Source: Ylistrum balloti
Taxonomy: Eukaryota
Assembly (NCBI RefSeq): GCF_031769215.1
Contig: NW_026782081.1
Coordinates: 2,790,001 to 2,854,000 of the forward strand
DNA length: 64,000 bases
Direction: 5' to 3'
The notes below the pieces were generated by a model, which saw nothing but the letters and a program-made list of their open reading frames with translations, searched no databases and was not told the origin of the DNA. Made by a program: the position numbers and the translations under genes. Positions 62,860 through 64,000 of the stretch are shown one piece after another (position 1 is the stretch's first letter; every line of letters begins with the position of its first letter).

Positions 62860-63180
62860 CCCCTTTTGTGAATGTTCTATTTCTACAAAGCAATATTCCT
62901 GCATCCCAAACCTGTGGTATTTACATGTCACAACTGATTCGACATTCAAAGGTCTGTTCTCATTATTATTTGTGCATGAAGTCGTCAAATGACAAACTCA
63001 CAACAAATGATACAGGTAGACTGATGAAAATCATGGGGAAGTTTTACGGTCGTCCTTGTGATATCATTAAGAAATATTCTGTGTCATTGTGTGATATAAA
63101 ACTGGACGTGTTTGATGCTTGTAAGCCCGCCTATTGGTTTCGTTATTGTATATCTTGTTCTCATTTGAGAACGTGACATG
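62860..63180 (+). mobile_element. Penelope-like element 3' end fragment
   Basis: FLQSNIPASQTCGIYMSQLIRHSKVC...RLMKIMGKFYGRPCDIIKKYSVSLCDI, ending in tctcatttgagaacgtgac as at about 13825. Confidence 0.75.
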
Positions 63181-64000
63181 TTTGATAAGCTCTTCTATAA
63201 ATTTAGCCTCGTATGAATTCAAGAACAAGAGTCAGTCATAAACTTTGTAATGGATAAACACCAAACTACTTAATGAAGACTTCGAAAATGTAAATAAATT
63301 ATTCAGTTTATAATATGTTGGGAATATTAAAAAAAGTTAACTTGAGTTAATTAAAAAGGTTTATGAAAAATTGCAGCTATTCTCTGATTACCTAAAAAAA
63401 ACAGAAATTTGATCGTTAGATATATGCCCTTGACACGGACAAGTATTACATAAGTAAACATATTGCAGAAAGTTTTATGTTAAGTGAGTCTGAATAGGTA
63501 TCTCATGTTCCACTTGTGTCTGTGTATGCCGTTATCAGTCACATCAGGGGACATTTACAATCAGCAGCATACTAAAACGTATTTTATTGAAATAATAATT
63601 GTTGATAAAATTGCCATGTTCCTCCTGCTATGATTTCAACAGTGTTTTGGGTTTGCATATGCAAATAACCTGCATGATAAATGAACGATATGTACCCAGT
63701 ATAGATTGGTAATTGTTACTTCCTGCTCTGGTAATAATCACACTTATAAGCAAGACGCTCTTGTTGTTCATGTGATAGATTTTTCAATACATAATCAATC
63801 AATTAATATGAACATGCACAGAGTTAATTCATTATCATGTTTGTGAAAGGATAATCAAAATTCATAACAAGCATAATGGTATATTCCATACAGCCTTGAT
63901 TTGGAATTTTCCATTCGAGATGAAAAACATTTGAAAAGATAAATCGACATTACAATCTTAAAAGCAAGAAAAAACTCTCTGTCATGAAAACTACCTCTCT

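Overview
AT-rich, intron-containing animal genomic DNA, most likely a bivalve mollusc (inferred from perlucin-like lectins and the transposon families present), with five short N-runs. I built all gene models by hand from GT-AG sites and reading-frame continuity; the ORF track shows only fragments of them. (1) 3.7-31.3 kb: five paralogous secreted single-domain C-type lectin genes with the same 5-exon, phase 1-0-1-2 structure. Two lie on the minus strand (QPN/MAD motifs) and three on the plus strand (EPT, EPN, EPS/MGD), arranged head-to-head. All five end in Gly-stop or Gly-Arg-stop encoded by a small terminal exon. (2) 32.3-34.0 kb: an intronless adenylate-forming (acyl-CoA ligase-like) enzyme. 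(3) 50.9-62.6 kb: a 13-exon, 429-aa ACC-synthase-like PLP enzyme gene, facing a decayed inverted paralog at 45.9-50.2 kb that has lost the exons carrying the PLP lysine. The rest is transposon debris: many Penelope-like fragments (N-terminal-endonuclease Naiad-type architecture inferred), a tyrosine-recombinase retroelement relic, RTE, mariner, MITEs and a probable SINE. No rRNA, tRNA gene or CRISPR array was seen.
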